The position numbers and the translations under genes are program-made. From positions 404,311-468,310 of the forward strand of contig VJWM01000179.1 of the NCBI GenBank assembly GCA_010909165.1: DNA of 64,000 nt, written 5' to 3'. The stretch comes from Anthoceros angustus. Its lineage: Eukaryota > Plantae > Anthocerotophyta. The notes below the pieces were generated by a model. It ran no database searches. It was not told the origin of the DNA and saw only the letters and a program-made list of their open reading frames with translations. Positions 1 to 13,499 of this stretch are shown in pieces (positions within the stretch are counted from its first letter, which is position 1; each line of letters opens with the position of its first letter).

Positions 1-98
1 GCAGAGGATAGAAGTACAAGCTGTGGTCATCACATAGTGATGATCCCGGGCTTGAAACAAGTTAAAGGGTTAGTGGCGTGTTCAATTGCAAGAATAGA

Positions 99-808
99 CT
101 AGCTTGCAGGCAAGGAGACGCTCACCACTGGGCGTGCGCACCGCCGGGGAAGAAAGAGAAATTGTGAATGAATCACCGAGAGGTATCTAGGAAATGGATG
201 ATGTGCGTGAAGACAAGAGGAGCCACCAGCCGCATCCTTGGAGTTGGAGGAAGGCCTTGACGACTCCCAAAATTGCAAAATTTCCTTAACCCCTTGGGGC
301 AAACAATCGAACGAGCCTTCCCCACCCACACCAGCCCTCTGGTGCACTTTGCAAATCGCGGGTTTGAAGATGGCGTGCCACAACTCTTGACCCCAAGGAC
401 TCGGCCCAAGGCGCTCATTGCTTGCCTCACGTCGTTAGTTAGCACAATATTCATAAAGGTTTGTCTTGCCTTCAAGTGATCGACGCTTGTACACTCCGCA
501 TTTTTCATGGCCTGATGTTTGAGCGAGGATGTGGCTTCGAGCCTTCACCCTACAAGAACGGGGGAAGAATTCCTTGAGGCCACGAAGCTGGAAAAAGCAT
601 CTAACACCTTAGCCTTGCTATCGAATGAAGTGGGCAGTTCTACAACCGAAAACGTGGCCAAGTTCTCGAGCAATACGCCCACATTGTGCATCATCACGGC
701 CCCATCACGACTGGGTGAGATCCCGCCCCTTTGCCGTGCACGGAATCGCCTTGACCGCCTGTGGATGAAAGAGGACGTGTTGTTCAGACTAGTTCCCTCC
801 TCACTCAT
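99..808 (-). pseudogene. Degenerate fragments resembling CACTA TnpA / Ptta-En/Spm (Transposase_24) protein
   Basis: Fragments MMHNVGVLLENL...SKAKVLDAF and LPQGVKEILQFWESSRPSSNSK loosely fit TnpA patterns, and the position and strand fit the CACTA end at 4791. The match is weak. Confidence 0.3.
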
Positions 809-1236
809 TGAGGGTTCTTGATCCGGAGAAGCGCCTCACACCCACCCTCCGCCGTATGATTATCACCGTGACAATCCTCCTCCATGCGAAGGAGCTCCCG
901 CCTCTTGCCTAACATCCGCCACGCACAAAGATGCTCCATCTTCCACACGCAAAGATGCAACTCAATTTGCTTTTCCCTCCACCGGCCCAGCGTGTTTTGC
1001 TTTTCCTAAGTGCACCCGAGAGGGAGGCGCTGCTGAGCCATTCAATTCCCTTGCTCGCGGACGGGCTCCCTTCCCGCCTCCTCCCTCTCGCAGCTCAAGA
1101 TCTGGGCACATGGTTCACACACGGGCACCGAGCGCCTGCGCAGCTGGTGAAAGGTCTCGCAGCGTGAAGATGGCGGTTATGCTCTCATTGGTGACAAGTG
1201 CACCAACATGGGTACTTACCATCTTTTGAAAATCCG

Positions 1237-1451
1237 CTTAGACAAAACTTTGAAATACAAACAAGTTTACACTTGTTTGTGACCATGCTTCACTTTCGGT
1301 GTTCCATGTTCACTTGACACGCTCTTGAAATTCGCAGTGGTACAACTTTGAAATTCGCTTATTCCAAACTTTGAAATTTGAACAAGTTCCAACTTTGTGA
1401 CAAAGACTCACTTTTAGTGTTCTGTGTTCACTTGACGTTGCGTTGAAATTC
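1237..1451 (+). repeat. Imperfect direct repeat, two copies of ~95 bp, ~120 bp apart
   Basis: gctta..aaactttgaaat..aacaagtt..tttgtgac..ctcacttt..gtgtt..tgttcacttgac..ttgaaattc occurs at ~1237-1332 and ~1358-1451. Confidence 0.8.
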
Positions 1452-4400
1452 AAATGAGCTTGGGTTGTGTGTCTTGTGCTCACTTTTTGTATCCAAAGCT
1501 CACTTGTCCATCCATGATCAAGTAATTAAATACCAAATGCAAAATCATATCCTTAAGATCCGAGCATTTTCTGTGGACTTGTTGCCATGCTCTTAGTTTT
1601 GGGAAAAAACTTGAATCACTTGATCATTATTCTAGCGAGGAGAGTTTTTGAAGGTAAATATGTCCACATGTGGACATATTTCCACGCTGCCGCCCCCACA
1701 TAATGTGGTCTACCTAACTGCAGATGCTTGCACCCGTGGTTTACACGGTGTCCAAGACTATGTACCTTCTCGCCACCATTCAACTCACTTGGTTTGGCCG
1801 CTTCGTCCACGCCACGCGAGGTGAGAACATTGAAGGTCAGCCACACGATAGAACCTGCATTGTGATGCACGACCTGTCCTATGGGGCGGTCAAGCGATCG
1901 AATAGGAGCTCACGCCCGGTAGAGGGCGTGGCGACAGTGGAAGGACGGGCCACAAGGAGGCGGCTCGTGAATCGCGTGGGGAGGCCATTGGAAGATTAGG
2001 TGCATGGTACCACCGTGCTGTGAGCACAATGTTGTGGACATTTAGTACGCGGATATATGCTTAATGGCATTCAAATTTTGAACACTTGGCAGTGGTGGTA
2101 GGAGATCACAGGCGTGAACATGGATATGCAAGCGCGGGACTGAGCACTGACAACATCGCACACCGGTCAAGCTTGGAAGAGGTGGAGTGGCGAATGGCTT
2201 GGATGAAGGAAACCACTGCGAAGGTGGTGTCCGCGGCGGCCGCGATGGAGGCGGCGAGGGAACACGGACTCACCATCGGCAGGAGCGGCTGGGCGACGGC
2301 GAGAGCACAGAGGCCAGCTAGATTGCCGCAAATTGCTTGTGACGTAATGGCGCCGCTGGCTGAGGCGTGACCACGCCATTGGCGGACGAGGATCGCCCGT
2401 AGCGGATGGCGGGCTTGCAGACGAAGAAGGGCATATGGACGGCTGGTGCCTAGCGGAAAGTCATCGAGTCTCAACTCGGGGCAAGGTGTGATGATGAAGT
2501 CGCCCTGCTCGGCGAGATCTTATGTGGCGGGAAGCATGGGCGGAGGCGGGAGGTAGCCGGTGGGGAAGAAGAGCAGGAGGAGAGGAGGCGAGTTGGAGCC
2601 CTCAGTGAGCCGAGAGGGCTCCTTTGTCGAGGAGGTAGAAGGCCCATTTCAGCGAATTTTGACATCAGGTGGGGTGAGAGGGTTGGTACTTGAGGCGTTC
2701 TCGGAAGAACACACATGGCGAGGGTGCTTGGATGCACCTCCAGTGAGAGTTGAGTTAGAGCGTTCTCGCCGAGGAGGGCTCACCCACTTTGAGTGGCGCG
2801 GGGTGTTGAACATGGTGCACCAACTAGTGCAAGCGGACATGGACATTGCGATCTTTGGAGGCTGTGGAGGACAAGAAAGAAGAGCTGCGGCGGAAAAATG
2901 CATTGCAGCTTATCAAGTGGGAGGTGAACAAGCAATTGGTCGATTAGATCTCGGATCTGCCGGTGTGGGAAAAATGCAAGAGCACTTGTGATCAACAAAA
3001 GGCAGCAGCGGAGGCGGAGAAGCAAGCGCATGCCTCCCAACATTACAAAGGATGTATGGGTGAAGTGCGTACAAGAGGAAGAGGCAAGGTATGCATGAGT
3101 GGGCGGTGGTCTTAGGGCAGCGCCGACAAGCCATAGGCTGCCGCCTTTGTCGAGCGGGAAGGGGGGAACCAATGGACCCAACCCATCTGGCGAGACAAGG
3201 CGAGAGGATCTTGTGCCAAGTTTGGAAGTGCTGGGAAGACATCAACATGGGCGGAAAGTGGGGTTCCGGGCAGCGTAGAAAACATGCAGGAGCTTTGGGC
3301 AAGTACTTTTGGAATTGGGTAAGGTGGTTTGCGTGTTATCCGCGAAATATGGGCCAGTGGTTGGGCGGTGGAAAATGGCGCCGAGGCGGCTTCGTGCACA
3401 TGGATTGCACATAGATTGAGAATAGTATTGCCTTTGCAATTGCCTTTGCCATGTGTAGAATCTAACCGGGATGATGTTATACGAGCCTGATGGAGGAAGG
3501 AGGTATGGAGAAGTGGGAAGGAGGGTGGAGAGGACGTGCGGAAGCCCCAAATCGAAGCGGGTGGACATGGCTGGAAAGTCCGTCTTTGCTTGAGAGGATG
3601 GAGATGGCTCGACCCAGCATATCTCGCTACTGAGGAGGGCGCTCAGTTATGAGGATGGCGGGGAGGCAAACATAGGGCATGGGCGTGTGCGGAGAGGTGA
3701 TGCACTAAAGCCACTATCAGCGGTGTGGGAAGCAAAGCCGAGAGGATGAGGTGAGGGCGGCCGGGATATGCCGCATCACATGTTTTTCTGACTTTGAAAT
3801 TGATTCTTGCGGTGCGAAATTGCAGGAGACTTGAGAAACATCGCATCATCGAAGAAGAGCAATGGTCTCGGTCTTGTGGAAGTCAATTCTTGAGGAATCT
3901 GCGGAAAGGCGGCGGAAGCATCGGAAGGCTGCCGATGGGGCGGAGAAAAGGCGGTGCCACGAAGAGCGAAGAACAAAGGAAAGGGAAGCACTACAGCCAA
4001 GGCACACACCCGTTCATGGAATTATTGGTGCTGCGATTTCAATGTCGTGGTATGGAGTGTACATTTGAATAGGGGCGTAGATGGGGGCGAAAAGTAGGCC
4101 CAGTCCGGCGCATAGGCGCATATCCCGCCACACCTCATGGCGCACCTCGGGCCCTTGCGTGGAGCGACAATGCCTCGGTTACATTATATATCGGAGAGGA
4201 CAATGGACCAAACATGTGTGTGGCCGAAATGGAAGGGTATATCTAGTAATAACATATTACTAATCGGAATGACGAACAATTGAAAACTACCTTATTAATG
4301 AAGTGTTTTAAATATAGATCGAAATTAATGAAGGAAAGCATCATTATGGCATCCGTCGGAGGCATGTCTGATCATGACAGTACACCCGACATGTGGCGCT

Positions 4401-4614
4401 CTTCGAACAGGACTATAAACCCATGGGGGAAAAGCAGGTGGATACCAAGTGGGCGCTGCATGCAGGAAATATGCGTGCAGGAGATATGGACATGTGAGTA
4501 TGGGGATGAAAAATGAGGCGCAGCGGCGTGATGGGGCGTGGCTGCTCGGGCGGGGAGAGGAAGCCAAGTGGCGGCCACAGAGCTCACGGGAAGGGGCCAG
4601 TTAAGCTCTAACCA

Positions 4615-4791
4615 AAGGTTACATCCGTTACAAAATCGCTCGGTGCGATAATGTAGCAGCGTGGGTAACATTCTACTCTCAAACCCGCTCACGGTTTATT
4701 GCCGACAATAACGTTACAAGCAAAGCATTGTTACAAAGCGGGGAATATCGTTACTACAAAGCGTTACAACATCGCCTACTATGGTGTAGTG
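4615..4791 (-). repeat. CACTA terminus with subterminal GTTACA repeats
   Basis: TAGTG at 4787-4791; GTTAC(A) motifs at about 4618, 4627, 4713, 4729, 4749 and 4762. Confidence 0.6.
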
Positions 4792-6438
4792 TCAGTCTAA
4801 ACCGAACAGTACCTCCGGATACTCAAACATAAATAGCTTACCTGGAGGCATGGGAGGCGGGTGTGATAGCGGTGGTCTTGATGATCGGGCCATGGCCTTC
4901 CTTCCTCGTTGCCTGTTGTTTTTGTCCAAAGATTTACGGATTTCGGAAGTTTCGAACTCTTCGTTGCCATCTCTGTCTTGCGACTACGAATGGAGTCAAT
5001 AGCGATGGCATAACGATGCGGCCCGAAAGATTTGCGTCAAATGCATAGTCCGATGACCTCAGATTCATCGTTCTTTGTGGGTGTGTAACATCTTTCCCCA
5101 GCGTGCTTGGAAGAGCACAAGAACCATGACACAAGAGCTTGTTTTCCAAGACTAGGACCAAGGCTATAGCCACACTTGTATCACTTAAAGCCACAAGGTC
5201 CAAGTGACATTGGCGTGATATGATCGGCAAGGCTTAAGCAGCATACATGATTGAGCACACAAACTTTGGACATCGGAAGGCACACATCACAATGTTCATA
5301 AAGGGTGTAGTTTCCTCGGTCCTCGGTGTGTGTTATATTGGGGACTTTAAATTGGATTATTTCCTTGGATATGCCATAATGCACACCAATTTAGGGTAAG
5401 CCTTGTTGGAACATCTATCGCACCCCTCATGTTACGGTGTGGCGTAATTGAGGCGTTCAGGCGGGTTTCCTCGTCTTCAAGCTTGAGGATTTTTGGTAGC
5501 GAGGAGTTCGGTCTTTGTCAGTGTCGTCGCGAGGCAAGGAGGGCCCGTATGCGTCTGGGCGCTAGCACCTCCCAAATTAGAAATCTTGTATGCGCCGAGG
5601 TTGGTGTTCTATCTTGTGTTGTGGTTCTTATTGGTTGCTCTTGCTCTTGCTCTTATGATCTTGTGTTATGGCTGCTCTTATCACCAGCAACATGGGCCAG
5701 ACGTATGACAAGAAGACTTGCCAAAAGGGCCCTTGTAGCTCGAGATCATGGGAAGCCGAAGAAGCAAAAGAAAAGAAAACCCAAGAAGATTCAACAAGCG
5801 GCGGTGAGGTGCGCGACAAGATACCGACCCGCGTCTGCGGAGGCAATCCCTCCGCAACCTTGTTCTACCGGTGGCGCGGGATCCGGGGAAAGCAGCGTCG
5901 ATTGGAGTGCAGCGAGCTCGGCAAGGCCCTTGTTGCTGGCGGGAGAAAGCGGGTGTTCCCTAAACCCCCTAGGTCGAAGGCGGTGGGAACCCAATCCCTC
6001 GTCTTATTCATATGAGTGCCATGATGATTGCGCCACACTCATCGAGGTTGAAGAAAGCGATTACATTGGAGAAAGAATGGTTCTTCACCAGGCTAAAAAC
6101 GGTGAGAATGTTGTGTGGACTCAATGCCTAAAAGTTGTGGATATATGGCCATATGCGGGCTACACTCTGCCAAACCAAAGTGAGAAATTGGATGGGTGGT
6201 GTGACAGCTGCTGACTGATGAAGCGAGGACCCGAGTTATTTTGCTTCATTTGAGCATGACACTCGTCCATGAGATGAAAATGGGTGTTTGCATTGAGTGC
6301 TAGTCATGAATGCCGGAAGTCAAAACCCGGTCACTAAGAAATTTGTTTTGGAAGTTCACCCAATTAGTATGTAGTCACATGTATAGTATATATTTGGCCT
6401 TACCAAATGTAGTCTCGCCTTATTGAATCAAAGGGCTA

Positions 6439-9400
6439 CGTAGCGCGACTTTACGTGCGGCCGAGCGCACAATCCGGAAATGTCGTTGTAGGAAGAGTCC
6501 GTTCCCAAGGAATGATAGGCTCCGTTTGCAGCGTTGGTGATTCTTACCTCACTGCGTCGACTCTCAGCGACATTCATCGTTCTAACTACCATAGCGTTCG
6601 CAGGCCCGGTGTGGCCAAAGCGTTTAGGGACCCGTTCGCGTCCGTCGTTCACGTTAATCGCACTTTCTCTGGTCCTCTCTCCTCACTACACTCCGGTCTT
6701 AGGAAGCGGGCTACGGTCCGGACCTCCTCGTCGTTCTGGGCCTCTCCGTCCGGGCTCTACGCCCTCCGGGTTCCTCGGCTCCACGTTCGGTCCGTTCGTG
6801 CTGGGCGGCTCGGGCGAACCGGGTCCCGATCACCCTTCCTGCACACACCACAACACGTTAGGTCCGTCACGACCAGTCAATCTCCGGGGTTCGTGCACCT
6901 TTCGGTGACTCGGGACTCACGTTAGAAGACACACAAAGCAGAGCAGCGGCATCAACACCAAGAGAAGATGATTTGGCGACCTCGGCCCTCTTATACTCGC
7001 CAGTCGGCGCCTTTATTACACCCTATTACGGCGTGGCCATTTCGGCCCTAATCGGCGCCTACCATCCTATTCCCTCCTATCTCCTTGTCGGTGGTGGGAA
7101 GGTCCGGGTTCGCCTCGGGATTGGTGGTCAATCTCCCGACGGCATTGCGGGCGCGCAATCGGATGATCCGAGGACCCCTTCCTCTTCCGGAATCACATCG
7201 GGTTGGGCTCGGCGGTCGGCGAGGTCGTTTTCAGTTCCCCATGGGTCCCCTCGGTGGGGCCGCATTGTCTGCTCCCCAGCGTAAGTCGAGGGACTCCTCC
7301 TTCAGTCCGGACCTCGGGGTCCGGTCCTCTCAGTCGGAACCTCGAGTCCTCCTTACAGTCGGTCTGAGTCGGTCTCATCTCTGAGGTTCGGACCTCGGTC
7401 CGAACTTGTCTGGGAGTCCAGGTCGGGACCTGGACCTCTTCGCTGGGTCCTCATCCCTTCCACCCTTGTCTTGGGTCTTGGCTCCTCCTTCCACTCCCCT
7501 TCGGGCCCCCTCTATCTCCGGCGGGTTGCGGGGACTTACCACAGTGGTCGTTGTCGCGTCTGCTCCTCTGATGCTCTTCTCCCTCCGTCGTCTCCAAGCA
7601 GGCCACTAGAGTCCCCGTCTTGTCCCATGCCCCTTCATCCCAGGCCTTCCGAGTCCGTCTAGCGGTGGGCGGGGCTTGATGAGCTCGGTGTGGTAATAGG
7701 CAAAGTCGAATCAACTTGATTGCCTCTTCCACGTGTGCGGGCACCGATACTCCCTTCGCCATAGGTGCTCGGGTGGCGTCTTTGCCCGGCTTGTTGGACC
7801 ACCTCCTCCGAGTTTGGCGGTGGGCGGGCCGCTTGAGGCTGAGGCGGCCTCGGTCTGCAACCTTGCTGTTGCTCACTGCTCCTCCGTCGTTTCGCTCCGG
7901 CTGCTTACCGCCATAGCGCGGCGTTCCCTTCGCCTTTCTCCTGGACCAGCGGCTTCTTTTGCGTCCGGTGCCCTCGCTCCTCGTTCATACGGCGTCTCCG
8001 CCATCTCCCTCTCGGGGCGGTGGCACTCTGCCCGTGAGCCGAGTCCTTCTCCATTTGGCGGCGTCCTGCTCCTGTTCCGCCGCCCGTCCTCCGTCCGCCA
8101 GCAGGCTGGGCGCTCTATTTCGTTGTTCGCGATCACGCCTGCGAACTACCATTCCTCTCAATGGTAGTTTGGGCTGACTCAAGGTCTCCTTGCGGTCTTC
8201 CATCTCCACCGCCGCTCCACCTCCTTGTGGCCGGAGATCCTCCATCTCCTTGCGCGTGCTTCCTCCTCCTCGGCATGGTGGCGCACTCTGCTTGCCTCAC
8301 CTCCTTCTTGAGTTGGCTTGTCCCCGTCTCCCTCCACCGGTTCGATCACCGATAGTGATCGTCGATCTTGCGTGACTTCCGCCTCCCTTCGCCTTCACAG
8401 GCTTGCCCATTTGGCGGTCGGTCGGGGCCGCCTCCGCCGCCCACGAGCCTTCTCCTTCGGGGCCTCCTGCCTCTGCTGCGCTTCCCCCTCCGCTGCGAGG
8501 TCCTTCAGCTTGGGCCTCCCTGCACTGCTGCTCACCGGTGAAGGAATTTAGTCGGTCCTGCGGATGGACGGACTTCCCTCTCGGCCTCCGGCGTTTCCCT
8601 TCCTCAATCGGCGAGCTTGCCTTCCTCCTTGCCTCCACAGGCCCCCTCAGCTGCTCACGGAGGAGTACCATCGCCTCGGGTGGCTTCTACCTCACAGGTC
8701 TTCTCGGCCATCCCGAGACCCCAAAGCATCGTCCATGGCGGTAGCAGGACCCGTGTTTCTTCCACGGCCGCAGTGAGGCTCCCACAAAGTCCGTAGTGGA
8801 GGCGGGCATTTCGATCCAGGACCTCCATACCATGATCAGTAAGTCGGTGGGTTCTCGGACCTAATCGGGACCCTTAGGTCTGAGTCTTGGCTCGGAGCTT
8901 CACCCTCCTTGGCCCTCTTGGCGCGAGCTCCTTCTCGCCTCTTTTCTCACAGGGCTCGGAGGAGGTGAGGGGTCAGGAGCAAGCCCTTTGCCCCTTCACA
9001 GCCGGGGCAGGGGCCGGCTCGAGTGGCTGCCGGTGACCTCCTGCTCCTGGCGTCCCTTCTGCCCTCCTTCGCCTCTTGCTTCCCACTCGTGGGCGGGGGG
9101 TAAGAATCTTGGAGTCTGCGTTGGTGGCTGGTCTTGCGCTCTTGGTTCCCTTGGTCGTGAGGCTCTGGGTGTTGGTGGGGGCTGCAGTGCTCGTTCCCTC
9201 TGTGGTTGCTTGGGGGGCACCGGAGGAGGAGGCGGGGTTCTTCCCATACTTCCACAGGTGGTGAGGGGTCCGTTCGACGTATGGAGTCAGGAATCCTCGA
9301 TCGTCCTCCTCCGGTCCGTTTGGCCTTGTGCCTCCCACCTCGGCGCCCACGCTCCACTTCGCGGGGCCTCCGGTCCCGGGCGCCGCTCAGCTCTCCCTCC

Positions 9401-10528
9401 TTGAGGAGCTCGAAATGTCCCCATACATGGATCGGTATGGGGCGGCCAGATAAGGCTTCTCGCTCCTGCTTGCGGCCTCTGGCCCAGGCGAAGATAATCC
9501 AGTCCGCCCTCTTCCCCAGCGCATGCGGGAATACCAGATTATCACCAAGGTGATCCACCTTGGTGGTGAGTTCAATGGACAATGATCCGGGCTACTCGCC
9601 TTATCCGGGTCGGATATCAACCCGTTGGTGGTCCTGCGTCGAGCCCTCGCGCTTGCGGCCCTATCTTCCTTCGCCTTGAGGGGCTCGCTCCCCTTCTTCC
9701 TCCTTTGGGCGGTTGTAGGCGCCCTCGGGACCTCAAGGTCCATCGCCTGGGTCCTCCGGAGGTTCTTGGACCGCACCTCCCTGAGCCAGCATCTTCGCGA
9801 ACTCCGGACGGTGTGGTCAAGCGTCGAACCATGGAACACATCCAAATGCCACTCCTCACCAATTCCCGCTTCCTCGGCGGGCCCAAAGTCCGGATAGCGC
9901 GGGTCACAATGTTGCGCTCCACAGGTTCCATGGCTCCCAAACTTCCAGGCTTTTGGGTGCCATCGCCTTCTTCTCCCTTGTCTTGTGGCTTGGCCGGGCG
10001 GCACGTCGCCTCTTCGCGCGTTGCTCCAACTCAGCGGTGAGCCACGCTCGAAGGTGTCCCGAGATAGCGCCCGAGCGGGTTGCGGCGCAAGGCGAAATTG
10101 TCTCGGTGCGCGTGACCTTCCCCTTGACGCGCCGGGAGTAACGGCGGGCGGGCGCCTCTTCCTGTCATGGCGCAGTGCACGCGGCTTACTCGACCTTCGC
10201 CTCCGCTTACTCGGCCTTCGCGCGCGACTGCGCGCCTCGCGCGGCGGGCGTGAATACCTGCGGGCTCGGTCCTGCATGCCGTCCTCCACTCGGGGCGTCC
10301 CGTGGCGTCGCCTAATCCGTCCTCAGCTCAACTTCTAAGTTACTTTCCTGGCGTACTTATCTGTTTGACCGGAGTGGGTCGGACTTATCCGTTACCCGTG
10401 GCGTACGCATAGTGTGCGTTCCTCTCCGGTATACTCGAGTCGTCCGGTGCTATCCATTCCTCCTTTTCCGCCTTTATCCTTCTCCTAAAAAACAAACCCT
10501 ACCTAACCCCCGAAGTCCGTAGTCCACA
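6439..10528 (-). repeat. 3' LTR (~4.09 kb) of the Athila-type element
   Basis: Colinear with 16723-~20907. Minus-strand start TGTGGACTAC at 10528 directly follows the PPT. The left end cgtagcgcgact matches tgtggcgcgact at 16723. Confidence 0.88.
6991..6996 (-). promoter_or_regulatory. Candidate LTR TATA box (GTATAA); also present at 17279-17284
   Basis: Minus-strand GAGTATAAGAGG is conserved in both LTRs, ~550 bp from the LTR 3' end. Confidence 0.4.
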
Positions 10529-10530
10529 TA

Positions 10531-10540
10531 CTCCCCTTCT
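10531..10540 (-). other. Polypurine tract
   Basis: Minus-strand AGAAGGGGAG-TA-TG abuts the 3' LTR and follows the end of integrase. Confidence 0.8.
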
Positions 10541-10544
10541 CACA

Positions 10545-11900
10545 TTGGCGTCTCGCCAACACAGTACTTTTCACCCGCCACCCGTTCACCCAGTGGGCGG
10601 TTCACCATCCAAGCGCGGTGAGCGGACCCATTGGGTATACCTTGCCACTTGGTAAGGTCCCATCCATCGTAGGTGGAGTTTACAGGAAGTGCATATGGCG
10701 GTCATCGTAAAGGGCCAAATCTCCCTCCTTCACATACTCACGATTCCGGCGCTGTCATGCCACGGCTTGCGTTGATTACATGCGATTGCATTGTTGCGCC
10801 TCTTCCGACCCTCAGTATCTTTGAACAAACCCTAGCAAGCGCTCGGTTGGCTCTCTTCATCCGTTAAGCGCCTTTCCATCATGACTCGGTGTTGGCACCT
10901 CAAACTCTACCGGCATAACGGGTGAGTGCCCATAGACCGAATGTCTCGGAGTTCGTTGCGTGGTTACCTTCTCTGCGTCGAGCGCCCGCGGATGGCGGCT
11001 TTGTATCGATCGTGCGCATAGTTAAAAGCTTATTGAGGATGCGGCGGATAAGTCCTCTGGTCTTCAATCCGTTGGCCTTGGTTGTAGGGGGCGTTTCGAT
11101 GTGTGATGCGAAAAGTCCGTCATTGCGGTTATCACATCATTGAGGAAATGGGTTCCCCTAAACACCAGGACACCCATACCTTGTGATGATGTTTCGTGAG
11201 GAATTTGGCCACCGTGCTTGAGTCCGTTCGGTAGCGAGCTTCACCCACAGTGCGATGTCGTTGCCACCAAGATGTACCGCTTTTGTGTGTGCCTGGGTTG
11301 GGCGTATAGGTCCAGCAGTCGATGCCCACTTCTCAAAAGGCGCTAGTGCTAGTATGGGCACTAACGGCCATTGTGTTGTGGTCGGCTTCCGATCCGACAA
11401 GCATCACACTTCTTCACAATTGGTGTGTTTCCCCATACATGGTGGGCCACGGTACCTCAAGATTTTCTTGGTGGTGACTGTATTGCATAATGTCCACCTA
11501 GTCCTTCGTGCATCCCTTTATTACCACCTCCGTCTCACTTTGTTGGAGTACCTTCGTTCCACGTCGGCCACCTTAAAGATGCAATTATACTAAAAGGCGG
11601 CGTAGTGCACAAAGGCACCCTGGACCGGTTCGATTCGTTTGGTAGCTCCATCTCCCATAGGTACCGTTCCAACTCCATGAGGCCGCCCCTGCGTCGCTCC
11701 CTTCTCCCGCGTGGGTCCGCTGTTCCACTTAGGGTTTGTCCATTTGCTCCTCTACCTCCTCCTCTATCGCGCCACCAATTCCTCATCCGGGAAGGCGTCC
11801 TATCTGCGGGGGCTCCGTCTTTAATGGACAAGTCGGCGTTTTGGTGTTGCCGCCCTTGCCTAGTCTCCACCTCAAATGTGAACTCACTGTAGCAGAATCC
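10545..11900 (-). pseudogene. Gypsy integrase (frameshifted)
   Basis: Fragments APFEKW..GPI, VAKFL, NIITRYGCP, and C-terminal KVYPNGSA...VNGWRVKKY-like sequence. Confidence 0.8.
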
Positions 11901-11926
11901 ACCTCGTTAAAGGACAAGTGCCTTGT

Positions 11927-12900
11927 TCACCAAAGTGCTTGGTAGTGATCAACATAGAACACAAACTCATTGGGCGAAGGTAGTGTGAATTTCTTAGCCG
12001 TATACCATTCCAATGCCTCTCGCTCCGTAGTAGTGTACCTCCGTTCCGTCGTGGTCATCTTCGTAGTAGATTGGGTGATCCCTCCGTTTATCATCTTTTG
12101 GTGAGCACTACTCGATGGCGGTGACACATCCACATACACATGGAATCGCTTTCCCGGTCCGGTCCTTTGTCTTGGGGCCAGACAGTGGTGCAGGTCTCGA
12201 ATGCCGCCTCCCTTTACGGCGTCCGGTCCATTCTTCCTCCTTCTGAGTAGCTCGTTAGCGGCCCTTTGCAAAATCTTGGATGAAAGTAACCCACCATGCC
12301 GGGAATCCCGTAACTCCTTCAAGTTCGTTGGCGGGTGAGGGATGGATGACTTTCACCTTGTCTTGGTCCACCTCTATCCCTCCCGACACCCGGTGTCCCA
12401 ACAAGATTCCCTCTGTCATGCAGTAGCATTTCTCGGATGCGAGCACGTTGAGTCTCCTACAGTTCCAAACACTTCATGTCCAGCGTGTTTGTCCTCTCTC
12501 CGTGCACAGTCGTCCAGAACACCTCCATGAAGTCCCTCGGAATTCCGGAAGGCGTTGGTCACCATCCGCATAAATGATCCGGGTGCTCTGTCATCCGAAG
12601 GCACCGTTTGTAGGCAAGCGTCCCCACTCCGTGGTGAATGTTGTCTTATCGTCAGAACTCCCTTAGGTGCGGTGGTTGTGGAGTAGCCATCAAGAAGGAG
12701 TAGGTACTCGTCGCCACCTTGTCGATTATATGTCCACAAAGGGCATGGGAAATGGTCCTTCTCGTGGCGGCGTTAAGCTTTCTCCGATCTGGCAGACGAA
12801 TACATCTGCTTCTTGACGACAACAATGGCGCCACCCACTCCTTGTTCACGATTGGGAAGATGATGTCGCCTTCGGATACTTATCCGGGACTTCCTTGACC
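11927..12900 (-). pseudogene. Gypsy reverse transcriptase-RNase H (frameshifted)
   Basis: Fragments EWVAP..RRKLNAAT, LDGYS, EKCY-MTEGILLGHRVS-GIEVDQDKV, FHVYVD, ERRYTTTEREAL, FVFYVDH-QAL. Confidence 0.9.
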
Positions 12901-13499
12901 TTGGCGAGTGCTTGGGATTGATTTATCTTGCCTAATCCGAGCAGGCACGCTCACGGCAGATCTATCGGTGTTACTTTGTTTGAATGCCCTTCATATCGTG
13001 ACCTTGAAAGCGAACACCTCGCTGAATTCCCCAACAATTGTGAGGTCTTGTTTAACTCATGGCATACCCTTGCGGAATTTAGGAATTTCCAGGCGAACCT
13101 CCACGTCTTCCACATCGTCGGGTTGGCCGTCTCTCTTTCCCTCGCTTCGCTCAAAGCCATCATCCTCCATCGGTTCATCTTCACGCATTCCCCACTCTCG
13201 GAAGAGTTCGTCGAGGTGAAGGGTTACTTCTTGAGGTCCTCCTCATCCGTGGGTTCCCCTTTTTTCTCCCAGCGCGACTTCCACTTGGAAACAAGCTGAT
13301 CACCTCGCTCCAAAGTGTCCCTCCGGTAATCCATCTCCTTCTTGGACCACGAGATTTTGGGAAAGGGTAGTCCTCATTCGTATCCTCGCGCTCATCGTCC
13401 CCACTTGTCTTGACGGAGGTGTACCCTGTGGTGCTTGGTTTCACCACAGTGTGTCCTTACTCAGTGTAATACCGTCCTTCCCTCACCTTGGATCCCGTC

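Larger units (their letters stand above)
1..4791 (-). mobile_element. CACTA (En/Spm)-like DNA transposon; one end in the window, the other end not seen
   Basis: Minus strand starts CACTACACCATAGTAGG at 4791 (plus ...GGTGTAGTG). It is followed by clustered GTTACA/GTAAC subterminal motifs (4615-4770) and degenerate coding-like sequence further left. Confidence 0.55.

Noticed and set aside
6434-6438. TSD for the Athila-type element
   Set aside because: GGCTA on the left has no match after the poorly defined right end (~20907).
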